A stretch of 64,000 nucleotides of DNA from NCBI GenBank assembly GCA_964016885.1, contig OZ024750.1, forward strand, positions 9,610,001 through 9,674,000. Reading direction: 5' to 3'. How positions within the stretch are numbered: position 1 is the first letter of the stretch; every line of letters starts with the position of its first letter. Under the pieces are notes generated by a model, which saw nothing but the letters and a program-made list of their open reading frames with translations, was not told the DNA's origin and ran no database searches. Of this stretch, positions 1 through 12,595 are shown piece after piece. A program made the translations under genes and the position numbers. Source of the stretch: Eledone cirrhosa (taxonomy: Eukaryota).

Positions 1-610
1 TATATCCACTCAGCATATACATCCTTTGAAAATAATATATCAACCCAAATCACACAGAGTTGTATAATTATTGTTTTTATATATATCTTTTCATAATTAG
101 AGTGGTTTATTTATTTATTTGTTTATTTGTTGTTTTAGTTTGATTGTTTTTTTTGTTTATATTATTTGTCTGTCTGTTTGTCACTTCTTGTTTTTTGGTT
201 TGTTTTTTACTGCTCTATGTTTATTTTTTTTTTAGTTTTGTCATTCGTTATTTTATCTTTTTTACTGTTGTATATATATATACATATATATATATATACA
301 TACACATATATATATATATATATACACATATATATATATATATATACACATATATATATGTGTATATATATATATATATATACATACACATATATATATA
401 GAGAGAGAGATATACATATATATATATATATAGAGATATATATATATATATAGAGAGAGAGAGATTTTGAGTTTATGTTGGTTGTATACCAACACCTCAG
501 TATGCAGGCTGGAGCACTCGACGAAGTGCGCAGGTTGGTTTGGTTACTCCGGAGTAGTGTAAAATAAAGTTAAATAAAAGTCAAATGATTAAAATTTAGC
601 TTCGTTTATT

Positions 611-665
611 ACTGCTATATATATTTCAGTGACAGCCATCTTTGGCTGTGACCTCTTCAGGCAGT
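611..665 (-). ncRNA. Minimal type I hammerhead ribozyme (inverted copy)
   Basis: Reverse complement of 870-924. Confidence 0.85.
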
Positions 666-869
666 TTGAATTAGTATGGTATAGACAAGTACATATGTTA
701 TTTAGGTGTATGATATTGTCAATACTCTGATATGCCAGTTCCTTGTTGGGTTGTTAATTCAGAGTTCCCCAGTGAATTAACAACCCAACAAGGAACTGGG
801 TATATCAGAGTATTGACAATATCATACACCTAAATAACATATGTACTTGTCTATACCATACTAATTCAA

Positions 870-924
870 ACTGCCTGAAGAGGTCACAGCCAAAGATGGC
901 TGTCACTGAAATATATATAGCAGT
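870..924 (+). ncRNA. Minimal type I hammerhead ribozyme
   Basis: actgc-CTGAAGA-ggtcacagccaaagatggctgtcact-GAAA-tatataTA^gcagt. Helix I actgc/gcagt, paired helix II, palindromic helix III. Confidence 0.85.
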
Positions 925-968
925 AATAAACGAAGCTAAATTTTAATCATTTGACTTTTATTTAACTT

Positions 969-1005
<37 letters not shown>

Positions 1006-1159
1006 CATATATATACATATATATATATATATATATTGTTTTTTGTTTGTTTGTTATATTTTGTTGTCATTGTTTGATATTTTTTCCCTGACTTTCACAA
1101 ATATCAGCTTTTAAGGAAGATGATACATCCATTGGCAAAATATATTTCCCACCCTCCAC

Positions 1160-1648
1160 TACTACACACACACATGCATACATGTACACATACACACACA
1201 CATGTATACATGTACACATACACACACACATGCATACATGTACACATACACACACACATGCATACATGTACACATACACACACACATGCATACATGTACA
1301 CATACACACACACATGCATACATGTACACGTACACACACATGCATACATGTACACATACACACACACATGCATACATGTACACATACACACACATGTATA
1401 CATGTACACATACACACACACATGCATACATGTACACATACACACATGCATGCAGACATGTACACATACACACACATGTATACATGTACACATACACACA
1501 CACATGCATACATGTACACATACACACATGCATGCATACATGTACACATGTACACACACACATGCAAATATACATGCATTCATGTACACATACATACACA
1601 TGCATCTCTGACACAAACACATACATATACACATACATACATATATAC

Positions 1649-1683
<35 letters not shown>

Positions 1684-1920
1684 CATATATACAAACATAC
1701 ACACATACATATATACTTACATATATACATACACCTATACATACATATATACTTACATATATACATACATACATCTATACATACATATATACTTACATAT
1801 ATACTTACATACATACACACATACATACATATATATACTTACATACATACATATATACTTACATACATACATCTATATATACATATATACTTACATACAT
1901 ACACACATACATACATAGAC
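1160..1920. repeat. Compound CA/TA-derived minisatellite
   Basis: ~28-30-bp unit acacacatgcatacatgtacacatac, followed by (TACA)n variants. Confidence 0.9.
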
Positions 1921-2507
1921 ACAATCATACACACATTTATACAGTTAAAAATTCTGTTTTTAGAAAGAAAAAGAAAACACAAACAGAGAAACACAGAAAC
2001 ACACACACACACACAGAAACACATACACATGCACACAGAAGCAAACACAGAAGCAAACACAGAAACAAACACACACACACACACAGAAACTCAGAAACAC
2101 CTTCATACACAAAGACAAACCCAGAAACACTCACACAGAGACAGAAACATACACACACACTCACACACAGAGAAAAACGCATACACTCACACAAAAAATA
2201 CAGAAACACACACACTCACACACACAGACACAGAAACAAATACATACGCAGATAAAGAGAAACTCAGAAACATAGACACACACATACATACAGCCATACC
2301 ACCATATTCTGTACACTCAGCATATAAGAAGTTGTTTGTAATCTCCTACCTTTTAAGATAAAAACAGACAACATGAAAATGTCAAACGTTTTCTAAAGCT
2401 AATGACTTGTGAATGTATCTTTATAAAACTGCAGTCCTCTGTTGACAGTAATATAAAATATAACATATGTAATGAATGATTCCAGTTTTAGACATGTGTC
2501 GTACAGA

Positions 2508-2548
<41 letters not shown>

Positions 2549-2549
<1 letters not shown>

Positions 2550-2764
2550 CGAAGGAAATGTGGTAAGGAACCAGGTGGACCTTAACGCACCAAAGTACTC
2601 AATACTTAGGGTAGTAGAGTGGGTAATAGGAACGAGTAGGACCCTGACGGCTGAGCTCAAGTTGTTTCAACGGCTAATTCTGGACTAAATGACTAAATGA
2701 CTAAATTTAGTCCAGAATTAGCCGTCGAAACGGCTTGAGCTCAGCCGTCGGGGTCCTACTCGTT

Positions 2765-2769
<5 letters not shown>
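2549..2769. mobile_element. (TA)n-inserted fold-back element (family C) with the 3' half of a hammerhead
   Basis: Arms 2626-2690 / 2705-2769. Contains cGAAAC-ggcttgagctcagcc-GTC-ggggtcc. Related pieces at 21761-21900, 25873-25980, 36730-36783 and 39469-39565. Confidence 0.7.
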
Positions 2770-2798
<29 letters not shown>

Positions 2799-2885
2799 GT
2801 GTATAGGTTTTTTTATATACATACATAATCCTTATCGAGCCCTCTTCAGATTTTAGTCTTCACATTTAATGTTGCTATATATATA

Positions 2886-2955
2886 TTTCATCTGATGAAT
2901 AAAACAGACGTTTCTGTTAAAATCGTTTAATTTCATGAAACCTTGGGTAATGGGA
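2886..2955 (+). ncRNA. Type I hammerhead ribozyme motif
   Basis: tttcat-CTGATGA-(38 nt)-GAAACC-ttg-GGTA^atggga, between (TA)n tracts. Helix II pairing is weak. Confidence 0.6.
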
Positions 2956-3000
2956 TAATTATATTGTGTTGTTTATTACATATATATATATATATATATA

Positions 3001-3250
3001 TCATCATCATCATTATCATCACCGTTTTACGTCCGTTCTTCCATGCTAGCATGGATTAGACGGGTTGTCCTGTTGTGGGCTGACCTTGTCTTGCTCACAC
3101 GGGAACTGATTCTGGCTTTATTTCTACAGCTGGATGCCCTTCCTAACACCAACCTCATTTACAGTGAGTGCTGGGTGCTTTTTTTCCATGGTGCCTACAT
3201 GTCCACTTTACAGTGTGGGCTGGGTGCTTTTTTGCTGTGGCACATCCACG
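3001..3250 (-). mobile_element. SINE 3' part with RTE-type tail ending in (ATG)n
   Basis: Motif gctggatgcccttcctaacaccaacc and tail ccatgctagcatgg...gacgtaaaa(cga)tgatga. Other copies at ~6030-6325, 35505-35705, 42005-42145, 53250-53530 and 57210-57425. Confidence 0.75.
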
Positions 3251-3286
3251 ATATATTTATATATATGTATATATATATATATATAT

Positions 3287-3400
3287 ATATTGTTATACTT
3301 TGGGGGGGTCATGTTGCAACATGACCCTCCCAAAGTATAACAATATCGGTTTCAACACACGATTTCAGATAAAGAATCTTGCTAAACAAATTCAGAAACG

Positions 3401-3402
<2 letters not shown>
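3287..3402. repeat. (TA)n-flanked insert beginning with a 60-bp palindrome
   Basis: atattgttatactttgggggggtcatgttg|caacatgaccctcccaaagtataacaatat. One arm recurs at 25340-25374, also inside (TA)n. Confidence 0.7.
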
Positions 3403-3468
<66 letters not shown>

Positions 3469-3509
3469 TTCCCAGAAACCTATCGAAGATATTTATCGAT
3501 TGATATATA

Positions 3510-3650
3510 ATTGTTTCTACTTTAGGCACAAGGCCAGCAATTACCCAGTACATTACTGGTACTTTATTTTATCGACCCCGTAAGGATGAAAGGCAAAGTT
3601 AACCTCGGCAGGATTTGAACTCAGACTGTAAAGGGACGTAACTATGCTAG
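3510..3650 (-). mobile_element. tRNA-derived SINE (family S1), partial
   Basis: B-box gagttcaaatcc, central gccgaggttaactttgcctttcatccttacggggtcgataaaataaagtaccag, tail ggccttgtgccaaaagtagaaacaatt. Confidence 0.85.
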
Positions 3651-3809
3651 GGATTGATATATAATATCTATCAATCAGGTCCAGGTTCATCTTTTAACCT
3701 GTTTCTATTTTCATTGTTGTAGTATTAAGGTGGCAACTTTCTCTGTTTGTGTTTTCCTTTTCTTTCAAATTGCTAACACTATCTATCGGTTGCAACACCA
3801 GGTAGAAGG

Positions 3810-3923
3810 AGCAATGTGAAATAAAGTGTCTTGCTCAAGGACATAACACATCGCCCAGTCCGGGAATCAAACTCACAGCCTCACGGTTGCGAATCCAATT
3901 CTCTAACCACTCAGCCACACGCC
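3810..3923 (-). mobile_element. tRNA-derived CORE-type SINE head (family S2)
   Basis: A-box gtggctgagtggttag, B-box gagtttgattccc, then CORE-like gtccttgagcaagacacttt. Copies at 11805-11970, 29830-29992, 34755-35050 and 50915-51010. Confidence 0.75.
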
Positions 3924-4854
3924 TTATATATATCATTATTAAGTACCAGTAATGTACTGGGTAATTGCTGGCCTTGTGCCTAAAGTAGAAACAATTATTT
4001 AATATAGAAATGGATTCTACAGATAAGCCAGTGATCTGCATCTCACTTATGTATGGTCCCATGTTCTACTGAGTGCACAGGAGTGGTTATGTCATTGACA
4101 CAACTGAGGGTCCTCCCAACCCTTTATACAGCTGGATGCCCTTCCTTTTACCAACCACTTTTCAGGATGTACTGAGTGTGTTTATCATGTCGGTCACCAC
4201 CTGTATGTTCATGTCTAAACCACATTCACTTTCTGTCAGGTTTGGTTATTAATTCAAGCAGCTCAAATGACCATGTTAGCTCACAGATATTTGTGTATAT
4301 TCAATAAGGAATTTTTGAAACAAGAGTATATTTTTCAGTTTTAATTTCTATCTCAAATCATTTATGTTAACCTCCACTCTATGTGACATTTCACTCCTGA
4401 GTATTCTTCTATTTCTATCTCTTCTTTCTATCTCTTTTTCTGAAGATTTCCCTCAAGACAACTTAAATTAATATTTCTTTTATGTCACCATGTTAGTTTT
4501 AAATTCATTTCTTTAATTTAATATATTTTCCCAAGAGTTGAAAGAAATAGGAAAACTGACTCCAAATATAATGAAGAAAATTGATTTGCCATATCTCACT
4601 TAATAAATATAAATATATATATATTTTTTTAGTTTTATTGCTGTTGCTGTTTCGAGCCCGGTTACACTTAAACTATGGCCATCCGTCACAATTGATTATG
4701 ACTTAATAATATAAACCATACTTTTTTTAACTCTTGATATCTCATAATTTAACAGAAAGTAGCTAAAAGTAGGTTTGTTGATTGTTGAAATGTTTATAGC
4801 ATCTTTATTAATGGACAGATCATTGTGAAAATTTCCAGGATTAGAATAAAGACT

Positions 4855-5076
4855 TTAACCTTTAGCATTTAAACCGGCCGTATCCGGCTAGAATTCTCTC
4901 TCTTCTCTCTGTCCAAACTAGCTGTAACTGGCCACTCATACTGATGTTAAGGTATTGTTCTCAAAATAAATAATATCAAAACCTCATATATTCGATATTA
5001 TGTGAAATAATTATGTGAGATAAAGCCTTTACCATGAAAATATAATAGCAAATATAGAGTAATGTAAATGCTAAAG
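4855..5076. mobile_element. piggyBac-type MITE (family M1)
   Basis: TTAA target, terminal CC(C)TTTAGCATT...AATGCTAAAG(GG). Same interior as the other M1 copies. Confidence 0.75.
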
Positions 5077-5451
5077 CACTAATATTTAATGAGGCGCGGT
5101 CCTGGTGCTGTTTTGTACTTTGTAAGTTATCTTGCTGATGTGAAACAGATGTAAAGAATTAAGTAACCAAACAGTTGCAAGCAGATACGACCACTCCTTC
5201 ACTACGGTTTTTTATTTGAGCCAGTAGATAGGAGGTGATAGCTGGAAGGGGAAAAGGCTATATCAACACTGGGCTGGTTATTTCTTTATCAATTACAAAA
5301 GGATGAGGCATTGAGTGAACTTCAGTGGGATTTGAACTCAGATCTTTGAGAGCTGGAATGTGTATCCAACACTCTAACAACTCTGCCAAATGGACCGTCA
5401 GAAGTGCACCCAGGAGTCATGACATGGATGTGGCCCAGCCCCCTCAGAGTG

Positions 5452-5697
5452 TAAGAGGTTCAGGGCCGAAACACTCGCTTAAGTGGGGTTTCTTCTCTGA
5501 AGATCTTCCACAGTCCACCTCTTCTGAGAGTTTCTTACCAATTTACATATGAAAAAAAATATTTAAAATGTTCTGGTTAAATGTGCACCTAAGAGGTTAA
5601 GGGCCAAAAGACTCGCTTGAGGTGGGGAGAGGAGGGCTCTTCTCTGAAATCCTTCCACAGTCCACCTCTTCTGAGAGTTTCTTACCAATTTACATTT
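5452..5697 (+). repeat. Local direct duplication of ~100 bp
   Basis: taagaggtt...cttccacagtccacctcttctgagagtttcttaccaatttacat occurs at ~5452-5548 and ~5590-5695. Confidence 0.85.
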
Positions 5698-6399
5698 AAA
5701 AAAAAAAAGTCATAAATGTGCCACTTTTGAAAAATGTACTCATGGAATGCAGACCTTCCTTCTTCTCTCCACCTTCAAGTTATACCAATGTCTGAATATA
5801 ATTGATACAGGAAAACGAAACAGTTTTGTAAATGAGTCTTTGGCATGTGAATCTTCAATAAAGCTTTGTTATGTCAGGGGTTTCTTCTTTTTCTTTTTTC
5901 TCATTTTTCAGTTCCAGTTTTGTGAATTTGAAAACAAGTGACACTATAGTGTATTGAAAGCTCCTTGTATACCACTGTGTGTGAGTGAGAGAGAGGGAAG
6001 GGGGGGGGCATGAATGGGAGTACACACACACATCATCATCATCATCATCATCAACGTTTAACGTCCGTGTTCCACGCTTGCATGGGTTTGGACGGGGGTA
6101 GTCCCACTTGAGGCAAGAGTGATTGTCTTGCTCGCATAGGACTGTCTGGCAGGTTTTCTACAGTTGGATGCCCTTCCTAACACCAACCTCATTTACAGTG
6201 TGGGTCTGGGAGGTTTTTACCGTGTTGCCTACACGGCCACATTACAGCGTGGACTGTGTGTTTTTTTGTCGTGACACCTACACGATCTCATTTGTTTCGG
6301 CCCGGATGGCGCGGCACCAACATAACTCATATATATATATATATATATTTATAACTATATCTATCTACCTATCTATCTATCTCTTTTTTCTCTCTTTCC

Positions 6400-6432
<33 letters not shown>

Positions 6433-6627
6433 ACTATGATCGTCAATTACAAGTGGCACTAATATATTGATATATCTGGTATCTCACTACTGTGAGTATG
6501 TGTTTATGTGTGCATATGTGCATGTACACACACACATATATATATATATATATACATATGTAATTATATCTATATATTCATAACTATATATATATATATA
6601 TATATATTTATTAAAATAACAGATTAA

Positions 6628-6678
6628 AGTTTAAGCAAAGAATCGCTGCTTTCACCCTTAACGGGATCTTCTGAAACT
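6628..6678 (-). ncRNA. Degenerate hammerhead ribozyme (U4A)
   Basis: Minus strand reads agttt-CAGAAGA-tcccgttaagggt-GAAAGCA-gcgattctt-TGCTT^aaact. All three helices pair. Lies next to (TA)n. Confidence 0.55.
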
Positions 6679-6776
6679 AACAAAGTCAATCTGTAAACGC
6701 ACCCTCTCTCTCTCCCTCTCCCTCTCTTTCTCTCCCCCCTCTCTCTCTCCCTCTCCCTCTCTTTCTCTCTCTCTCC

Positions 6777-6825
<49 letters not shown>

Positions 6826-7184
6826 TATGACCATCAATTATTCTAACTTGTATATAAACAAATCTACACCAAACCAATGGTATCCATAAATTCACATTCA
6901 AATTCTCTCACCAGACACATTCTCCACAAGCATAAAGTAAAAATCAAACACATCCTTCAAAAGTATACATCAGTTCTCGCAGTAAAACAACAGCCAGTTT
7001 TCGCCACCAATTACTGGTATGGGGGTGACAGATGTCATCAGGCTGAAGCCGTTGTATTACATGGTTTCTATATTACTCTGCAGGAACTACTACTCTATTA
7101 CATAATTGGCAGAGTTCATGCCATAATAAAATGGTGAGTAGTACTAGGAATGTACAGGATTGAGATGCGAGCCCCCCCCCCCAC

Positions 7185-7186
7185 CT

Positions 7187-7238
<52 letters not shown>

Positions 7239-7290
7239 TATATATATACATATATATACATATTCATATATATATATGTATATACATATG

Positions 7291-7345
<55 letters not shown>

Positions 7346-7366
7346 GTATATATATATATACATATG

Positions 7367-7422
<56 letters not shown>

Positions 7423-7468
7423 TATATACATATATATACATATTCATATATATATGTATATACATATG

Positions 7469-7515
<47 letters not shown>

Positions 7516-7536
7516 GTATATATATATATACATATG

Positions 7537-7619
<83 letters not shown>

Positions 7620-7735
7620 GTATATATATATATACATATACATATGTATATATATATATACATATACATATGTATATATATATATACATATACATATGTA
7701 TATATGTATATATATATACACACACATGCATACAT
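7185..7735. repeat. Long compound (TA)n microsatellite
   Basis: TA repeat with interspersed CA/TG. Source of the spurious YIYI ORFs. Confidence 0.95.
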
Positions 7736-7939
7736 AAACATGCACTCTTCCATGTTTTAATCTATTTATATGAGTGTATACATGTGTGAGTGCGTGTGTG
7801 TGTATACATGTGTGCCTATATGTGTGATTGTGATTGTGTGTGTTGTTTGACAGGTATACAAAGTATATATATATGACAGGTATACAAGTATACAAAGTAG
7901 TATATATATATATATACTACTAAGGCGGGTAAAATTCCT

Positions 7940-7976
<37 letters not shown>

Positions 7977-7979
<3 letters not shown>

Positions 7980-8168
7980 TTTTAATATAGATGAGATTCT
8001 ACAGGACTAGAACTGTTTCATTCATTAGAAATCATCAGGAATGATGATTTCTAATGAATGAAACAGTTCTAGTCCTGTAGAATCTCATCTATATTAAAAC
8101 TTTTATACTCTGCTATGTATTGAGTACCTTACTTACTGTGGTTACCTCCGATTCAACCCGGAATAACG
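7977..8168. mobile_element. (TA)n-inserted fold-back hammerhead element (family B)
   Basis: Perfect arms 7977-8037 / 8042-8102 with a 4-nt loop. The 3' extension matches 26860-26938. Minus-strand hammerhead at 7996-8042. Confidence 0.8.
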
Positions 8169-8200
<32 letters not shown>

Positions 8201-8787
8201 AGTGTTTTAGTTTCCTTTGTAAGATGTCTGTCTATTTACCTGTCTATTTACCTGTCTAATTGATTCAATGTTTTATTGTGTTATCAAAACAAAAAAAAAG
8301 TTTCTACCTTAACAGAAAGCAGAACTGTCCAGACTTCATTATTCCCAGGCGTTTTATAGTTTATTCAGTAATTTTATGGAACATTTTATTACCAAAGATA
8401 TATACTTAGATTATGTCATTTAAATAGGTATTTATTCTCTAATGTGTTTAGAAAGTGTATTTTATGGTAGAAGTTTCAATATTTGTTCCTATATTTCTCT
8501 TACAGTTCATATTCTCTAGAGATGTTAGTTCTTTTCTTTTGATATATTACTTATAGCTTGGAAAATAATGATTACTACTTTAGGCACAAAGCCATTAGTT
8601 TTGGTGGGAGTGGTAAGTTGATTATATTGACCCCCGCACTTCACTAGTATTTGACTTGTATTTTATTTTATTTTATGGTCTTTAGAAGGATGAAAGGTAA
8701 AGTTGACCTTAGCAGTATTTGAAACCAGAATGTAGAAGTGCAACTATGAGTATATTGCTCCTATCATTTTTGGTGGCTGCAGACGTT

Positions 8788-9045
8788 CATAATTTTCCAT
8801 CAAAAGTTATTAATTTTCCAACAAAAATGATTAATTTTCCAGCAAAAGTTATTAATTTTCCAACAAAAATGATTAATTTTCCATCAAAAATGATTAATTT
8901 TCCAGCAAAAGTTATTAATTTTCCAACAAAAATGATTAATTTTCCATCAAAAGTTATTAATTTTCCAACAAAAATGATTAATTTTCCAGCAAAAGTTATT
9001 AATTTCCAAACAAAAATGATTAATTTTCTGACAAAAATTATTAAT
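8788..9045. repeat. 21-bp minisatellite, ~12 copies
   Basis: Unit aattttcc(a/t/g)..caaaa(a/g)t(g/t)att. Explains the INFPTKM repeat ORF. Confidence 0.95.
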
Positions 9046-9365
9046 GGCTATGTACCATAGAACTTACTTAGTATAGAGTCTATACTATGTAAGCCCTATG
9101 GTACATATGCATTAATAACCTATACTATAGAGAGAAGCTGACAATGTACCATAATGCTTACATAGTATGGAGAGAAGCTGAAAACAAGAATTTTACCAGT
9201 GTTCTAAATGTGTCAGAACACTGAAGTGTCACTATAAATAAAGATGTCACTGGGAAAAAGTATGTTCAGAATGACACAAGTACAGTTAGTTACAGTTGGG
9301 GTATTTATAAACTTTCTCACTTGCCATAGAATAACCAATAGTACCAGAAAGATGCTTTCAATAGT

Positions 9366-9590
9366 TCAACCCTTTAGTATTTGAACCGGCCATATCCAGC
9401 CAGTATTCCCTCCCTTTCTGTTCAAACCACCCATAACTGGCTGCTCATACTGATGTTAAGATATTGTCTTCAAAATAAATAACATCAAAATCTCATAGAT
9501 TCGATATTATGTGAGATAATTATGTGAGATAAAGCTTTACCATGGAAATATAATAGTAAATATAGAGTAATATAAATGCTAAAGGGTTAA
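9366..9590. mobile_element. piggyBac-type MITE M1
   Basis: ccctttagtatt...aatgctaaagggTTAA. Confidence 0.8.
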
Positions 9591-10380
9591 CTCTTGATAT
9601 TTCCATTTAAAAATTTTAGAAAATTCTCCATTAAGATTGAAATGTTTATCAACAAACTGCATTTAAAAACAAGAGTATATAATAACTTCACAGCAGTTTT
9701 ATATAATAGCTTCACAGCAGTTTAGATTTGCTTTCTTTCTTTCTAATATTCCAAGCATGTCTCATCATTGTCGTGGATTTTAAACTTTTCATATTGTATT
9801 CATTCCAGTCACTTTCTGTCTTAAGTTTTAAACATGTTGACATTCTTTTAAAAACTAGCAACAAAAATTAATCAGAGATATATGGGTTGTAAATATGTAA
9901 ATATATAAAAATATAAAATATAAAATATTAGAATAGAAATACCATCAAAACATGTCCGGGGTTGTCTTCTGTATTGCTAAGAAAAATAAAAATACTATTA
10001 GTTATTAACTAATTTTTTTTATATTCTTTACATTAAACATATTGACACTAACTTAGCTATTGTTTTGTTTTTTTCCTGTTGATGGCTTCTAAATTATTCA
10101 AACTTAAAACAACTCTGGGTTTTTCGTTTTTTTCATATGCAACAAATATAAAATCTATAAAATCTTGTACGTATATTTATTTAGTGGTTTATAAAACGAT
10201 GATGGTGGTGGTGGTTATGGTGATGGTGATGGTGGTGGTTATGGTGGTGGTGTCGGCGGCGGTGGTGGCAACAACAACAACATTCTATTTTGATGCAAAC
10301 ATTTATTGGTGTTTGTAATATTGTTCCATTATTTTAACCTTTTTTCATTGTCTTTGATTTCATTCCATATTTAAGATTGT

Positions 10381-10588
10381 TTAACCCTTTAACATTCACA
10401 TTACTCTATATATACTATATTTTCATGGTTCTTATCTCACATGATATCGAAGCTGTGAGATTTTGATGTTATCTATTTTGAGAACAATACCTTAACATCA
10501 GTATGAGTGGCCGACTACAGCTAGTTTGAACAGAAAGAGGTGAGAGAGTTCTGGCCAGATACAGCCGGTTGAAATGCTAAAGGGTTAA
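10381..10588. mobile_element. piggyBac-type MITE M1
   Basis: TTAAccctttaacatt...aatgctaaagggTTAA. Confidence 0.85.
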
Positions 10589-11681
10589 AGACTTGTTCGG
10601 GGTAGGCCTCTGCCTGCTACTGCTACCATGTAACCCAGTACAACTTGCTTCATGGTCAAGTTGTCAGCAACTAAACCACCTCTCCTGTCAGACTCTGGTT
10701 TGGTGAGGATGGTAAGTGGAACCCCAGCAGCACAAAAAACAAGAGCTGTTAAAAAAAAGGGCAGATGAACTCCTCAGAGTTTATGGCCATCCACCCCAAC
10801 TAGAGGTTACATAGCCTCACCAACCTGCAATTGGTCAAGCAAGGTGAATATGGCTACATTCCTGACATGACCAAAACCAGACAGAAAGCAGTGGAAGTCA
10901 ACCAGGGAGGAGTTCCTCCAACAGGAGTGAAAATGAATTGGATTGAAATAGTTATATTGTTAAAGATGTGGATTGTTTCTTCGATTTTGTTGAAAGCATA
11001 TATATATGCTCTCAGTTGTTCAGTTTATTTTAACAAGAAATTAATCTAGATAACCTTTACAAGACACATCAAACGTTTTGGTCATATTTCCTAAACATTT
11101 TGGGTGACAGTAGTATATCTGCAAGACATTTAAATGCTAAACTGTTTCTATATAGATTCCCAGTATGATAGTTTAATGAGGAAAATGTTAGAATCTGACA
11201 GTAACTCTTATTCTTGGGTTTTTTTGTTTTTTTTCTGTTTTTGTTTGTTTGTTAGTTTTTTCTTCTTAATATATGCTAATGTTTAGAACAATATGTAATG
11301 GCATATAAATTACAGTTTACATTCCAAAGGTGTAGAGATATAATGAATGAATATATTCACTGCAGTTAACATTTCTGATTTTCTGTTTACTTTTTCTTTG
11401 TGAATGCATATTGCAACCTCACCAATGTGTAAGGTATGAGCTGCTAGGAGATGAAAGTTGCTAGCAGTAGTCCAACCTACTTAAACAAGGGATTCACAGA
11501 ATGCCAACATCATTGTTGGGGTTCTCATAGACAATATTCTCTGTACACAACATCTTGTTAACTGTACACAACAGGTTGTTAACTGTCTTCTAGAAACACA
11601 TACACACAGACATATTTAATATACCATCATCACCGTCATCGTATTTAAGTCCGTTTTTCCATGATTGATCAAAAGAGATTG

Positions 11682-11727
<46 letters not shown>

Positions 11728-11804
11728 CAGATCACACCTATGCAGGTTTAGCCGGCCTCCTCCAAGGTATATCTCGTTGGAGGTGTATTCGGTAATTTAA
11801 AGAT

Positions 11805-11970
11805 AGGGACCCCAGTCCTATCATCTCATTTCTACAGCTGAGTAAACTGGAGCAACATGAAATAAAGTGTCTTGCTCAAGGAATCAACACATCACCCGGT
11901 CCGAGAATTGAACTCACAACCTTTCGATTGCAAGCCCAATGCTCTAACCATTAAGTCATGCATCTTCACT
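11805..11970 (-). mobile_element. CORE-type SINE S2
   Basis: Matches 29830-29992 (tRNA head plus CORE-like segment). Confidence 0.8.
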
Positions 11971-12557
11971 ATATATATATATAATCCTATGACTCTATGA
12001 TAGTTCTATGAGAGAATTAGAGCTAAACATTCAAGACCGCAGAGATTTGCACACTGCTAATATCATAGGAAACCACATATCTAATATATTGCAGGGAACA
12101 ATCTAATTAGGTTAAAAAAACGTAGAGACAGAATAAGTATTATACTTACACTGCCATTAATTTATATATAAGTATATATATATATAAATATATATATATA
12201 GAGAGAGAGAGAGATAGATAGATAGATAGAGATATATGCCAAACTACATTGTATACAATGGTGATGGGCAAAGGGCAAAATGTAGCCCATTTCACTTTTG
12301 GGTTTTTATACAATCACTTTGATGTCTTTGAAATACGTATAACAGAATTATGTCAAACCATCTCACGGAGAGATGCTGAATAGGACCCATCCCACTCTTG
12401 CAAGCAGGGGAAAGCGGGCATAAAATGATGATGATGATGATGATGATATATAAGGAAGAAAAGGAGACCCTTAACTTCCAATGGAGTCGTAAGGGTGCTT
12501 TCCTGACTGCATATCTTGGGTATTTTAAGACCAGCGATGCCCCTTATCTCCAGATCA

Positions 12558-12595
<38 letters not shown>

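Larger units (their letters stand above)
461..975. mobile_element. Penelope-like terminal-repeat element (family A), fold-back inverted repeat in (TA)n/(GA)n
   Basis: Near-perfect inverted arms of ~200 bp (560-761 / 773-975) with an 11-nt spacer. Each arm has a hammerhead motif. The minus copy extends to ~461. Microsatellites flank both sides. Confidence 0.75.

Noticed and set aside
5462-5505. Possible type II hammerhead (CGAAAC...GTT...CTGAAGA)
   Set aside because: Helices I and II do not pair, and the duplicate copy lacks both motifs.
8719-9060. 113-aa ORF with INFPTKM repeats
   Set aside because: A 21-bp minisatellite read in a stop-free frame, starting inside a decayed SINE.
11985-12110. 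Possible LINE C-terminal remnants here and at 12455-12558
   Set aside because: Too short to assign a family from sequence alone.
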